Part shown: in pieces, positions 8,206-18,159 of the stretch
How positions within the stretch are numbered: the stretch's first letter is position 1
Layout of the letters: each line of letters starts with the position of its first letter
Source of the DNA: Elainellaceae cyanobacterium
GTDB lineage: Bacteria > Cyanobacteriota > Cyanobacteriia > CAZCXK01
Direction of reading: 5' to 3'
Length of the DNA stretch: 28,936 nt
NCBI GenBank assembly: GCA_051117555.1
Contig: JBNPEG010000143.1
Location: 1 to 28,936, forward strand
Position numbers and translations under genes: made by a program
Notes under the pieces: generated by a model
Databases searched by the model: none
What the model was told of the DNA's origin: nothing
Seen by the model: only the letters and a program-made list of their open reading frames with translations

Positions 8206-9102
8206 ATGGATGATCTTGAGCAATGTTATAAAGTGCTTGACCTAGAGCCTGGTGTGTCGATGGACGAAATCAACCAGGCATATAAAGACTTGGTCTTCAT
8301 CTGGCATCCCGACCGCATTCCTAAAGATAATGTCAGGCTCCAGCAAAAAGCCCAAGAGAAGTTAAAAGAAATCAACCAGGCGAGAGATCGGCTGCGATCG
8401 CATCGGCAAAACGGGCAAACCCAGACGGGGCGACCGGAGTCTCGATCCTCGTCTTCAAATGGGCGATCGCAATCATCTGCATCCCAATCAAAAAATACCT
8501 ATTCATCGTCATCGTCATCGTCATCGAGTCAGTCTCGATATGCATCGGGGCGTTCTCGCTATTCGGCCTATCGTCCGCCTCCACGACCGGGGTATCACTA
8601 TCGTTATGAGCCACCGCCCAAATCTAAGCCCTCTCCGTCCCCACCCCGCTATACGAGTCCTCCCCCATCTTCCCAGACTCACCAACACGCGTCCTATCGC
8701 CCGTTTACTGAGACGCCAACGCCACCCCGCTGGCAAACACCTGACCTAAGCGGAGTCGATCTGAGCGGCAAAAACTTGAGCGAGAAAGACTTCTCAGGAC
8801 GCAACCTGAGCAGCGCAAATTTGAGCGATGCCAACTTGAGTGACGCCTTTTTGCATAAAGTCAATCTCAATCGTGCCAATCTGCGTCGAGCCAACTTGTT
8901 TCGAGCCAATCTGCTCCAGGCAAACCTGAGCCATGCCAACTTGCGTGAAGCGAACTTAGTGGGCGCAGATTTCAGCGGCGCCAATCTCAGCGGCGCCGAC
9001 CTGAGCGGCGCAAAAATTGGCGTACCCGGTAAAGTTATGGTGAAACTCACAGGAACCCTCTTGACGGGGACTATCATGCCAGATGGTACGATCCACGAAT
9101 AA
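8206..9102 (+). CDS. J-domain protein with Ser/Pro-rich linker and C-terminal pentapeptide repeats
   Basis: YKVLDLEPG…WHPDR J domain with HPD. A(D/N)LxxA(N)L pentapeptide repeats ending GTIMPDGT. Confidence 0.93.
   Translation: MDDLEQCYKVLDLEPGVSMDEINQAYKDLVFIWHPDRIPKDNVRLQQKAQEKLKEINQARDRLRSHRQNGQTQTGRPESRSSSSNGRSQSSASQSKNTYSSSSSSSSSQSRYASGRSRYSAYRPPPRPGYHYRYEPPPKSKPSPSPPRYTSPPPSSQTHQHASYRPFTETPTPPRWQTPDLSGVDLSGKNLSEKDFSGRNLSSANLSDANLSDAFLHKVNLNRANLRRANLFRANLLQANLSHANLREANLVGADFSGANLSGADLSGAKIGVPGKVMVKLTGTLLTGTIMPDGTIHE
8503..8526 (+). repeat. (TCATCG)4 microsatellite encoding a poly-Ser tract
   Basis: Read directly from the sequence. Confidence 0.9.
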
Positions 9103-9248
9103 CGACTCACGCATCCCTGCCTGTGGCGAGTCATCCGGAAATCTACAGGTAATACGTTTCCAGCTTGGTGGAACCTTTGCTAGCCTTTTTTGCTAGCCTT
9201 GTTAGAGATAGCCAGACCTCATGAGTTCTTGTAACGTTTCTTAAATCA

Positions 9249-9599
9249 ATGTCTTTTAGCTCATCCGTTGATCACATTACTGTTGACGAATTAGCAGCTC
9301 ACTTGGCAGACGCGTCAGTCTCGTTGCAGCTTGTGGATGTGCGAGAACCCGAAGAGTTGGCGATCGCTCACATTGATGGGTTCATCAATCTGCCCCTCAG
9401 CCAGTTTGCGGAGTGGTCAGGGGATATTCGTACCCACCTCAATCCCGATGCTGAGATTGTTGTCATGTGCCATCACGGGATGCGGTCTGCCCAGATGTGC
9501 CAATGGTTAGCCAATCAAGGGTTTACCCATGTGAAAAACCTAACGGGTGGAATCGATGCCTACTCACTTACGATTGACTCCAGCGTTCCCAGGTATTGA
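9249..9599 (+). CDS. Rhodanese-like domain protein
   Basis: LVDVREPEE, active-site loop CHHGMRS, NLTGGIDAY…VPRY. Confidence 0.93.
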   Translation: MSFSSSVDHITVDELAAHLADASVSLQLVDVREPEELAIAHIDGFINLPLSQFAEWSGDIRTHLNPDAEIVVMCHHGMRSAQMCQWLANQGFTHVKNLTGGIDAYSLTIDSSVPRY

Positions 9600-9700
9600 G
9601 GGCTACTCCAGTTAGATAATCCACTTAGTTACAGTACGACATAGCATCTGTACCCGATTTGTAAGCGTTTTTATCCCTGATTCAGAGTTTAGAAAATTCT

Positions 9701-10789
9701 ATGAAGGTAAAGCTGAATGAGCGTCAACAGCAAGTCCTTGGAGCAACGGTGCGCCATTATGTTGCAACAGCTCGCCCCGTTGGCTCTGAAGCCCTGATTG
9801 AGGAATTTATTCCCCGAGTCAGTTCGGCCACGATTCGCAATGCGATGGGGCGACTCGAAAAAGTGGGACTCCTTTATCAGCCTCACACATCAGCAGGACG
9901 GGTACCATCTGACTCAGGCTATCGAATTTATGTGGACCAACTGATTACGCCGTCGGATTCATTGGCTCGTCGGGTTGACCATATTTTTTCGGAACAGTTG
10001 AACTGGGAACGATGGAGCTTAGAAGCAGCCCTGCGAGGAGCCGCTCAAATCCTATCGGGTATCAGCGGCTATATTGCTCTAATTACCATGCCCCAGACTC
10101 ATGCTAGGGCAGAGCTTCGCCACCTCCAGCTTCTCCAGATCGATCCGGGGCGGCTGATGCTAATCGTAGTGCTGGACTCGTATGAACCCCACTCCATCAC
10201 TCTAGATCTGCCTGACGTAGTGCGAGACGAGCATGCCGATGCGGAAATCGTTGAGCAAGAACTCCAAATTCTTTCCAATTTCCTGAATCATCATCTCCGG
10301 GGGCGATCGCTCAAAGAAATCACCACCCTCGACTGGAGTGAACTCGGACGAGAACTTGAGCGATATGCTGACTTGCTCCGCACGTCGCTGACTGAGCTCG
10401 GGCAGCGCAGCCAAAATTCGATTTCAACCCAGATTTTGATCAGCGGCATTGCTGAAGTGCTGCGACGGCATCCTGAGTTCTCTGAGCTGCAACAGGTACA
10501 AACGCTGATTCAATTCCTAGAGCAAGAACCCGATCAGCTCTGGCCGCTCATTTTTGAAGCCGATGAATCAGAATTGGGGGGAAGTAAGGTGACTGTACGG
10601 ATTGGGTCAGAGAATCCCTTAGAACCCATTCAAACGTGCGCCCTGGTGTCTGCAACCTATCACCGGGGAGACACTCCCATCGGCAGCGTCGGCATGCTAG
10701 GGCCGACTCGCATGGTGTATGAAGATGCGATCGCCCTCGTCAAAACAGCCGCCAACTATCTTTCAGATGCGCTTAACCCATCCCCATAG
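9701..10789 (+). CDS. hrcA: Heat-inducible transcription repressor HrcA
   Basis: [46 protein letters not shown]. Confidence 0.96.
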   Translation: MKVKLNERQQQVLGATVRHYVATARPVGSEALIEEFIPRVSSATIRNAMGRLEKVGLLYQPHTSAGRVPSDSGYRIYVDQLITPSDSLARRVDHIFSEQLNWERWSLEAALRGAAQILSGISGYIALITMPQTHARAELRHLQLLQIDPGRLMLIVVLDSYEPHSITLDLPDVVRDEHADAEIVEQELQILSNFLNHHLRGRSLKEITTLDWSELGRELERYADLLRTSLTELGQRSQNSISTQILISGIAEVLRRHPEFSELQQVQTLIQFLEQEPDQLWPLIFEADESELGGSKVTVRIGSENPLEPIQTCALVSATYHRGDTPIGSVGMLGPTRMVYEDAIALVKTAANYLSDALNPSP

Positions 10790-10825
10790 CTTGGTCTAAA
10801 CTCTCACCAGCGCTGCCTTATTTGG

Positions 10826-11656
10826 ATGAAACCCAGTCCTCAATCATTGGCATTTGTCTATCGGTTCGCCAGTAGCCCCCTGCGAACCCTGCCCGATTTC
10901 ATTATTCTGGGTGCCCAAAAATGCGGAACGAGCTCCCTGTATGGCTGTCTGAGCCAGCATCCCCAGGTAGTACCTGTGCATGAAAAAGAGCTCCATTTTT
11001 TTGACCTAAATTTTCATCGGGGGGTGGAGTGGTATCGCGCCCAGTTCCCCTTACGGATTCACAGACGCTATGAGCAAATCGTCCATCAGCAATCGCTAGT
11101 CAGCGGTGAAGCCAGCCCGTACTATCTCTTTCATCCCCATGTGCCTAGACGAATAGCGGCGATCGCCCCTGACATAAAACTGGTGATTTTACTGCGAAAC
11201 CCCGTCGATCGAGCCTATTCTCATTACCATCACAACGTCCGCAAACGGCGGGAGTCGCTGTCGTTTGCCGAGGCAATTCAACAAGAAGGCAACCGGATTC
11301 AGGGTGAACATGATCGAATCCTCAACGACGACCGCTATATCAGCACCGCACACCAGCATTTCTCATATCTGGCACGCGGCGTATATGTGGATCAGATTCG
11401 TGCATTTGAGAAATTTTTTCCTAAAGAACAAATATTGATCGTCCGCAGCGAGCAGCTATTTGAGGCAACGAACACCGCGTATCGAGAGGTTCTCGATTTT
11501 CTGAACTTACCGCTGTGGTTTCCGAAAAACTTTAAGCCCCGAAATGTCAATTCATACACCCAAATTGAGCCCGCAATTAGGCGGCAGTTGCAGACCTACT
11601 TTGAACCTCATAATCAGCGATTGTATGCCCACCTAGGCATCGACTTTGGTTGGTAG
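10826..11656 (+). CDS. PAPS-dependent sulfotransferase (heparan-sulfate O-sulfotransferase-like fold)
   Basis: PDFIILGAQKCGTSSL 5'-PSB loop, KELHFFD, GEASPYY, LRNPVDRAYS 3'-PB motif. Confidence 0.92.
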   Translation: MKPSPQSLAFVYRFASSPLRTLPDFIILGAQKCGTSSLYGCLSQHPQVVPVHEKELHFFDLNFHRGVEWYRAQFPLRIHRRYEQIVHQQSLVSGEASPYYLFHPHVPRRIAAIAPDIKLVILLRNPVDRAYSHYHHNVRKRRESLSFAEAIQQEGNRIQGEHDRILNDDRYISTAHQHFSYLARGVYVDQIRAFEKFFPKEQILIVRSEQLFEATNTAYREVLDFLNLPLWFPKNFKPRNVNSYTQIEPAIRRQLQTYFEPHNQRLYAHLGIDFGW

Positions 11657-11752
11657 CGGTTCGTCCCCAAAATCATGACTATAGAGGCATAGCGGATGCC
11701 AGTCTGATATGTCAGTCTGAAAAAGAGATCGATATCACTATCATGGGAAGCT

Positions 11753-12709
11753 ATGTCGCCTGACCAATCACCCCTCAACACGCAGCCGAATCGTACGTCA
11801 ACTCAATTCTATGAATGGCGGGGATATCAGTGTGCTTACGAGGTGCTGACCTCCCCGCAAACCGGAGGCGATCGCCCGACGCCGCTGTTACTCATTCACC
11901 CCATTGGAGTAGGGCTGTCGCGCCGCTTTTGGGATCGATTCTCGGCACACTGGTTGCAGTCAGGGCAGAGCAATCCAATCTATAGCCCCGATTTGCTGGG
12001 CTGTGGTGAGAGTGGTATGCCTCACGTTGCCTATCATCCCGACGATTGGGCAGAACAGCTTCGCTATTTTTCGCAGACGGTGATTCAACAGCCTGCGATT
12101 CTAATTGTTCAAGGCGCGCTGTTTCCAGTGGCGATCGCCCTTTCTCAACTGCCTCACGCAGATCAGGTCATCCGAGGGCTGATTTTGGCGGGTCCCCCGG
12201 CCTGGTCGGTCATGACGCGTCACCCCCCTACGTGGCAACAGCGCATCAGTTGGAATCTGTTTGACTCCCTGCTCGGATGCGGGTTCTATCGCTATGCTCG
12301 GCGGCGCAAATTTCTCAAGTCCTTTTCTGAAAACCAGCTCTTTGACGCGGCTGATGACGTGGATGACCAGTGGCTAGACATGCTGATTGAGGGGGCTGAC
12401 GACCCTGACAGCCGACATGCGGTATTTTCATTTCTAGCGGGGTTTTGGCGGCGTGATTATGAACAGGCGATCGCCCACATCGACTATCCTACCCTGGTTG
12501 TGATTGGCAATACCGCATCCAGCATTAGCCAGTCGGGTAAATCAGAAACGCCAGACCAGCGGATGGCAGACTATCTAGAGCATCTGCCTAAGGGCGATGG
12601 GGTTCATATTCAAGGGCGCAATGTGTTGCCCTACGAGTCGACCGATGAATTTATCGAGGCGATCGCTCCCTTCGTCAGTCAATTATCGAGTCAGGAGGTT
12701 GCGTCCTAA
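11753..12709 (+). CDS. Alpha/beta-hydrolase-fold protein lacking canonical catalytic motifs
   Basis: LLLIHPIG, PDLLGCGES, GLILAGP and PTLVVIG identify the fold. The nucleophile elbow reads VQGAL. Confidence 0.85.
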   Translation: MSPDQSPLNTQPNRTSTQFYEWRGYQCAYEVLTSPQTGGDRPTPLLLIHPIGVGLSRRFWDRFSAHWLQSGQSNPIYSPDLLGCGESGMPHVAYHPDDWAEQLRYFSQTVIQQPAILIVQGALFPVAIALSQLPHADQVIRGLILAGPPAWSVMTRHPPTWQQRISWNLFDSLLGCGFYRYARRRKFLKSFSENQLFDAADDVDDQWLDMLIEGADDPDSRHAVFSFLAGFWRRDYEQAIAHIDYPTLVVIGNTASSISQSGKSETPDQRMADYLEHLPKGDGVHIQGRNVLPYESTDEFIEAIAPFVSQLSSQEVAS

Positions 12710-13288
12710 ATGGCCACCGTGCATCGCTGCGACTGGGTGAAGGGCGACCCGCTTGAGGTCGAGTACCACGATCAGGAATGGGGAGTTCCGCTGCACGACG
12801 ATCAGAAGCTGTTTGAGTTTCTCATCCTCGAAGGCACGCAGGCCGGGTTGAGCTGGTTGACGGTTCTTAAAAAGCGAGCCAACTACCAGAGCGCATTTGA
12901 TGGATTTGATCCGCAGGTGGTGGCGCAGTACGATGCAGCTAAGAAAGCAGAACTCCTGCAAAATGCGGGGATTATTCGCAATCGGCTCAAAATTGAGGCA
13001 GCCGTGCACAATGCGACCCTGTTTTTAGACATCCAGCGCGAGTTCGGTAGCTTTGATGCGTATCTCTGGCAGTTTGTCGACGGCACGCCCATTCAAAACC
13101 AATGGCGATCGCACGCTGAGGTGCCAGCCATGACGCCCGAATCGGATCGAATGAGTAAAGCACTGAAAAAACGCGGATTTAAATTTGTCGGCTCGACGAT
13201 TTGCTACGCGCTGATGCAGGCAGTCGGGATGGTGAATGATCACACCGTTGACTGTTTCCGTCATCGAGAACTGATGTCTTCGATCTAG
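12710..13288 (+). CDS. tag: DNA-3-methyladenine glycosylase I
   Basis: RCDW, YHDQEWG, LEGTQAGLSW, IIRNRLKI, GFKFVGSTICY, GMVNDH…C. Confidence 0.96.
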   Translation: MATVHRCDWVKGDPLEVEYHDQEWGVPLHDDQKLFEFLILEGTQAGLSWLTVLKKRANYQSAFDGFDPQVVAQYDAAKKAELLQNAGIIRNRLKIEAAVHNATLFLDIQREFGSFDAYLWQFVDGTPIQNQWRSHAEVPAMTPESDRMSKALKKRGFKFVGSTICYALMQAVGMVNDHTVDCFRHRELMSSI

Positions 13289-14637
13289 AAATCATATCGA
13301 ATCCCGGTTTGCAGATTGAAAATCAAATTTGGATTATCAGGCCCAGGCTCTCCAGAAAATGTAAGGCGCACCAAATTATCAAACGACCAATTGTCGGCGA
13401 TCGGAATCCGCAAATTGGTTTGAGATTGAATCAGATAGTCAGCCGCATCATCAAGAGGCACGCCAACTGAAAACGTTTGATTGAGGCGCAAATCGTTAAG
13501 CAAAATATCTTGATAATCCAGCCCGACATTCGCTGAAATTGGATTAAAGTCGTCGCCATCGTCTCGAAAATTTTCATAGCGGGCCCCCACTCCAAGCTGG
13601 AGATCAAGACGTTCATCAGAACTGGCTCGCCAAAGATTGATGCCGAGCCCAGTTGTCAGAGTGGCTCGCAAGTTGAGATTTTCAAAGTTGTCGCTCGCGA
13701 CCTGAGAATTGACGAAGTATTGCCACCGGGTCGAGAAATAGTGGCGTTCTTCGATGGTGAACTGCCCGCTAATGTTGGTTTCATCGTCTGTTCGACCTTC
13801 ATCAAAATCATAGGCGACCCGCACCCCCACATTAAACGCGTCTCGCGCCCATCGTCGCTCTGCACCTGCCAGGAGAGTAAACACCCCCCGTGTGCGCTCT
13901 CCCGAAAACACATTCCCGGCTAATCCAATATTGCCATCCCACGGGCGGGGGTCTAGCGGCGTCGAATTTTCATCTGTCTCCCGGGCAGCGGCGATCGCCT
14001 GCTGACTGCGTGCCAAAAGCTGAGACGACCGATCGTATTGCCCCAAGTCTGCGTACTGGAGCGCCAGATCTGCCAAAAGCGCAGCCTGTTCGTCACGGTC
14101 TTGAAGCCGGTCGGCAGCAGCGGTGGCTTGGTTGAGGGCATTAGCAGACCGAGCGGGCTCTAGCAGGTCAGCGTAGCGTGCTGCCACATCGATTAGAGCG
14201 ATCGCCCGTGATTGAGAATTTTCGATATCTAGAGCCACGTCATAGGCAAAATCAGCGACCTCAAGAGCAATCACGGCTTGCCCCAAGTCACCATGCTGGT
14301 GAGAGAGTGCCAGCAAGAGCGAGGACTTAGCTTGTGATGTGTCAAGGGTCAATGCCAGCTCTAGGATTTGACTGAGCAAATCAGTTGCCGAGTCATCCAA
14401 CCCCAATGCAGCATACTGTCGAGCTACATCGAGTAAAAGCCTCGCTCTGTCTTGCTCGTCTTCAACGGTGCTGGCAAGGGCGATCGTTTGCTGAAGCAGG
14501 TCTAGTCGTTGTTGAGAAATATCGAGGGGAGGCGTTTGGGCAACTCCGGAGTTTGTAACTATTGAACCTATTAATAACGCCCCAATCAGTGAACACAAAA
14601 GTGACGACAAAATAGAAGCAGGGGCAAATTCGACCAT
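13285..14637 (-). CDS. Outer-membrane DUF481 (YdiY-like) beta-barrel with N-terminal TPR-like helical repeats
   Basis: Signal peptide, about four Ala/Leu-rich ~39-aa helical repeats, then amphipathic beta strands ending GIRYDF (C-terminal Phe). Confidence 0.75.
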   Translation of the reverse strand: MVEFAPASILSSLLCSLIGALLIGSIVTNSGVAQTPPLDISQQRLDLLQQTIALASTVEDEQDRARLLLDVARQYAALGLDDSATDLLSQILELALTLDTSQAKSSLLLALSHQHGDLGQAVIALEVADFAYDVALDIENSQSRAIALIDVAARYADLLEPARSANALNQATAAADRLQDRDEQAALLADLALQYADLGQYDRSSQLLARSQQAIAAARETDENSTPLDPRPWDGNIGLAGNVFSGERTRGVFTLLAGAERRWARDAFNVGVRVAYDFDEGRTDDETNISGQFTIEERHYFSTRWQYFVNSQVASDNFENLNLRATLTTGLGINLWRASSDERLDLQLGVGARYENFRDDGDDFNPISANVGLDYQDILLNDLRLNQTFSVGVPLDDAADYLIQSQTNLRIPIADNWSFDNLVRLTFSGEPGPDNPNLIFNLQTGIRYDF

Positions 14638-14688
14638 ACGGTTACAAACGTTCTTGAAAACGATCCCTATCCACGTTTAAGCCCTAAA

Positions 14689-14776
14689 TATAGCGATCCT
14701 AAATCGCTTGTAAATTGGTTGTGAGCGGTGGGGCGGCGCCCGCCCCGCCGCTCACAACCCATCTGGGATTGCTATA
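14689..14776. mobile_element. MITE-like element, family B (TATAGCRATCC ends) with a long GC hairpin core
   Basis: Left end TATAGCGATCCTAAAT, right end reverse complement TATAGCAATCCCAGAT. Core GGTTGTGAGCGGTGGGGCGG / CCGCCCCGCCGCTCACAACC. Confidence 0.8.
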
Positions 14777-14938
14777 CTACCAATTCTCAAAGCGATTGCG
14801 GTTTTGAAACAGCCGGGGCTTAAGATAATCATTCAACTGGGCGATCGCCATAGCTATTATGGCTCGAACACTCGGAAAATGCCCCTATATTCTTTATTGT
14901 CTGCGTAAAAATTGTCTGCTTAAAACGTTAGCAAATCA

Positions 14939-15625
14939 TTACTCTACAAAATGATATGGAGGAAGTGGATCTCCTAGGGTTATCGTCCACATTGAACAGG
15001 CTGCTTGCCACTGTCGAACATGCTGAGAAAGAGTCGGTTCGGCCTGGCGATCGCACAATATATAAAGCCGCTCTACCTCTTCAGATGCATCGCTTCGCAC
15101 CATAGACGGATAGAGGTGACTGATTTCATCTAGCAGGCGATCGCGCTCGGCGTCTTGATTTTGTTTTTGACGAGCGATTGTTTGATACTGGCGTTTTTTT
15201 GCAAGAAAATAATCTCGACCACTCGACGCCTGGGAAGCATCCTGCTCGCTAATGACAGTGGGAATGAGCTTCAGAGTATATTCTGCTTTTCCCGATAGCC
15301 TCGATAGGGCTTGTAAGTAGTTTTGGCTATTAGCCTTGATATGCTCTAGCAAGCCATCATGAGATAGAAAACAGGTGCCAAACCGAAGTGGCAAGAGTGC
15401 GTCGATTTGGTGAAACATATCTCGAATAACACGATCATGAGACAAAACTGCTCGCATTAGACGCTGATCGCTCGCCTGAAACTCCGTCGAGGATAGGTTG
15501 GGTTCAACCAACGCTGCCACATTCTGAGGACCGACTACCAAATCGAGTTGACCTTCGATACCAAGAGGCAATTCGATAGCCTCAGAGGGCTGTTTGAAGA
15601 ATGCGTAGGTATAAATTTGCGCCAT
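14939..15625 (-). CDS. GvpL/GvpF-family gas vesicle accessory protein
   Basis: IYTYAF start, HDRVI, LLPLRFGT, GKAEYTLK, GRDYFLAKK, PLPPYHFV C-terminus. Confidence 0.85.
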   Translation of the reverse strand: MAQIYTYAFFKQPSEAIELPLGIEGQLDLVVGPQNVAALVEPNLSSTEFQASDQRLMRAVLSHDRVIRDMFHQIDALLPLRFGTCFLSHDGLLEHIKANSQNYLQALSRLSGKAEYTLKLIPTVISEQDASQASSGRDYFLAKKRQYQTIARQKQNQDAERDRLLDEISHLYPSMVRSDASEEVERLYILCDRQAEPTLSQHVRQWQAACSMWTITLGDPLPPYHFVE

Positions 15626-15787
15626 GAATTCGACACTGTTGCGATACCAAGCCCAAACTGGGAACGAAGTTTCCTCGTAGGCAGACCTCCGGGTCTGGAC
15701 TTGGATGAGGGTTCAATTAAAAAATGCCCGACTCTAATTCTTCTTAGCATAGAAGATCTGAGAATCAGGCATGGTATGGACCACCAT

Positions 15788-15882
15788 CTATAGCGGTATG
15801 CACTTGGGTTAAGTACGGTGGTGTGGGGCGCGGCGCGCCACATCACCGTTTCTGTACTTGACGCAATTGCCCATTGCTATAG
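15788..15882. mobile_element. MITE-like element, family C (CTATAGC ends), copy 1
   Basis: CTATAGCGGTATGCACTTGGGTTAAGTACGGTGGTGTG is near identical to 25263 onward. Ends in GCTATAG. Internal hairpin ACGGTGGTGTGG / CCACATCACCGT. Confidence 0.85.
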
Positions 15883-15951
15883 ATCCGAACCTAACGTCCT
15901 CCTGGATTTATGGGAAGTTTCTGTGACTTGACTGGATACCTGCTTATCGTT

Positions 15952-16572
15952 TTAGCGCCCTTCGTGGGCGATCGCCCCCAGCTTTCCGTGGACATGCCCG
16001 TTGCCATTGCGAGGCTGAAGAACCCCATACCCGCCGTGGTTACGTTCATAGACCACATTAATTTCTCCGGTTTCAGCATTACGGAACATATAGAAGTCAT
16101 GATCAACGAGTTCTAGCTGTTCCAACGCGTCTTGAATCGTCATCGGAGGCATTGCGAAGTACTTGGTGCGAACAACGCTACCGGGCAATTCTGGTGCGCG
16201 ATCGCCTGAAATATCAGGCATAGCAGGCTGTTCTGTAAAAATTTCCGCAGATTTGACACCAGTATGGGTTTTAGCCTGGCGCTTTTCCTTATATTTCCTC
16301 AACTGGCGAGCAATTTTGTTAGCAACCAAATCGATACTGGCATAGAGATTTTCGCTACTCTCTTCTGCTCGAACGACGGTGCCATTCGCATAGATTGTTA
16401 CTTCAGCAGTCTGTTTAGTGTTTATCCGAGGGTTGCGAGCAACAGATAGATGAACATCAACCTCTGTCGTTAAATTTTGAAAGTGGCTAACCGCCTTCTC
16501 AATTTTTTGATGCACATACTCACGGATTGAATCAGTGATTTCAATGTTTTTGCCCTGGACAACAAGCTTCAT
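15952..16572 (-). CDS. lrtA: Ribosome hibernation factor, long HPF/LrtA
   Basis: [56 protein letters not shown] at 16572 has GGGAGG upstream. Confidence 0.95.
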   Translation of the reverse strand: MKLVVQGKNIEITDSIREYVHQKIEKAVSHFQNLTTEVDVHLSVARNPRINTKQTAEVTIYANGTVVRAEESSENLYASIDLVANKIARQLRKYKEKRQAKTHTGVKSAEIFTEQPAMPDISGDRAPELPGSVVRTKYFAMPPMTIQDALEQLELVDHDFYMFRNAETGEINVVYERNHGGYGVLQPRNGNGHVHGKLGAIAHEGR

Positions 16573-16774
16573 AGACCTGCCTCCCATATAAACTTTTGAG
16601 TCATATCAACACCCTAGCACTTTGTATTCTGGACGACAGGGTGGTTTTAGAATGCTTTGCACGCCGTGACAATTCTTGATTTGATTGATAGCAATCTAGA
16701 ATAAATTTGTGTCAACTCACGCTTGATTTTTGAGCCAGCACTGTTCTATTTTTTAATTTTTTTAACTCACTATC

Positions 16775-17482
16775 GTGGCCACCTCAGTTCAACGCCGCAT
16801 TTGCAAGCTATATTACCTGGGTCTCATTCCCTACCGTATCGCCTGGAACTGGCAGCAATTACTCGTTCAGGCACGTCGAGAACATCCCAATCTAGATGAT
16901 GTCTTGATGGTGTTAGAGCATCCGCCCGTCTACACGCTGGGACAAGGCGCGAGTCTCGACTTTCTAAAGTTTGATGTAGAAAATTCAAGTTCTGATCTGG
17001 TCAGAGTCGAACGAGGTGGCGAAGTCACGTACCACTGCCCAGGGCAATTGGTAGTCTATCCGATCTTAAATCTGCAATTTTATCGAAAAGATTTGCACTG
17101 GTATTTGCGTCAACTTGAAGAGGTGATTATTCATGCTCTTGCCCAATATGGCCTATCGGGCGATCGCATCGATGGGCTTACCGGGGTTTGGCTTGATGGG
17201 CGCAAAGTTGCTGCCATCGGCATCAAAGTGAGCCGTTGGGTAACGATGCATGGCTTCTCACTAAACGTCTGCCCTGATCTGAAGGGATTTCGGTACATCG
17301 TACCGTGCGGCATTGCAGATAAGCCCGTGGGAAGCTTAGAGCAATTCATGCCGGGGATTACGGTAAACGAAGTATATTCTCAAATCGTTCGATCGTTTGC
17401 GGAGATATTTAACGTCGAACTGGTGCCTGAAATATCTTCACTCCAACCCCCTGCCAGTTGGAAAGAGACCGAACCTAGCTAG
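16775..17482 (+). CDS. lipB: Lipoyl(octanoyl) transferase
   Basis: [47 protein letters not shown]. Confidence 0.96.
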   Translation: MATSVQRRICKLYYLGLIPYRIAWNWQQLLVQARREHPNLDDVLMVLEHPPVYTLGQGASLDFLKFDVENSSSDLVRVERGGEVTYHCPGQLVVYPILNLQFYRKDLHWYLRQLEEVIIHALAQYGLSGDRIDGLTGVWLDGRKVAAIGIKVSRWVTMHGFSLNVCPDLKGFRYIVPCGIADKPVGSLEQFMPGITVNEVYSQIVRSFAEIFNVELVPEISSLQPPASWKETEPS

Positions 17483-17501
17483 TGGATGTTATTGTGAGTC
17501 G

Positions 17502-18110
17502 CTAACCCAGATAGCCCCGCCATACGCCGACCAAAATTCCCTGAACCATTACATCTTCAGCGGCTGCTTCAATCGGATCGTAATTAGAGTTAGCAGGTTT
17601 GAGCGTAATACGATTTTCGTCTCGATAGAAATATTTCAGCGTGTTCCCGTATCCTTCTACCCGCGCTGCCACAATTTTTCCATCCTTGAGGCGATCGGGC
17701 TCTGGAACGGGTCGCATAATGACAATATCGCCATCTGCAATCATGGCCTCAATCATGCTGTCACCGCTGACTCGAAGCGCATAATCTTGAGGTCGGAGTT
17801 GCAAACCCGTGATGTCGAGCCGCTCGCTTTCATCGGTAAATGGCTCAATTAGTCCCCCTGCAGCGATCTCACCCCGGATGGGCACGCCTCGATGAACAGA
17901 CTCGATTAATCGAATGGTTCGCGCTTTGCCTTCCGTCCAGCCGATATATCCTTTGTTCCGTAAGTGCTCTAGTCGGCTCTGAATAGGTGCAGGCGACTTC
18001 AACCCCATTGCCCGCATCATCTGGCGAATCGATGGAGAATGCTGGTTCTCCCGGATATACTCGACCAGCCAATCATATAGTTCTTGCTGGACTTCAGTTA
18101 AGGGTTCCAT
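17502..18110 (-). CDS. lexA: LexA repressor with autocleavage residues intact
   Basis: PSIRQMM…SPAPIQSRL winged HTH, IAAG cleavage site, GDSM catalytic Ser, TLK catalytic Lys. ATG at 18110. Confidence 0.96.
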   Translation of the reverse strand: MEPLTEVQQELYDWLVEYIRENQHSPSIRQMMRAMGLKSPAPIQSRLEHLRNKGYIGWTEGKARTIRLIESVHRGVPIRGEIAAGGLIEPFTDESERLDITGLQLRPQDYALRVSGDSMIEAMIADGDIVIMRPVPEPDRLKDGKIVAARVEGYGNTLKYFYRDENRITLKPANSNYDPIEAAAEDVMVQGILVGVWRGYLG

Positions 18111-18159
18111 AGTCAAAATTTAGGATGAAATGAACGAGCAACGCTCTAGAAAGTGGTCT

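Noticed and set aside
8694..9134. 146-aa antisense ORF
   Set aside because: Shadow of the pentapeptide repeats on the opposite strand.
9176..9200. TTTGCTAGCCTT direct repeat upstream of rhodanese
   Set aside because: Only two copies and likely a slippage duplication, with no supporting motif.
9600..9700. CIRCE element expected near hrcA or the J-domain gene
   Set aside because: No TTAGCACTC-N9-GAGTGCTAA match seen here or in 7815-8205.
13285..13288. Convergent tag and DUF481 genes share a CTAG stop overlap
   Set aside because: A common arrangement for convergent genes and not informative.
15667..15714. Hairpin CAGACC-tccg-GGTCTG within CCTC/GAGG upstream of the gvp gene
   Set aside because: Short stem matching no RNA family I recognise, so there is insufficient evidence for an ncRNA.
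15535..15846. 103-aa minus-strand ORF and similar ORFs at 1943-2146, 25284-25565 and 27353-27559
   Set aside because: They run through palindromic repeat elements or overlap real genes, and have no protein-like motifs.
17397..17852. 151-aa plus-strand ORF overlapping lipB and lexA
   Set aside because: Antisense shadow of lexA with no recognisable domain.
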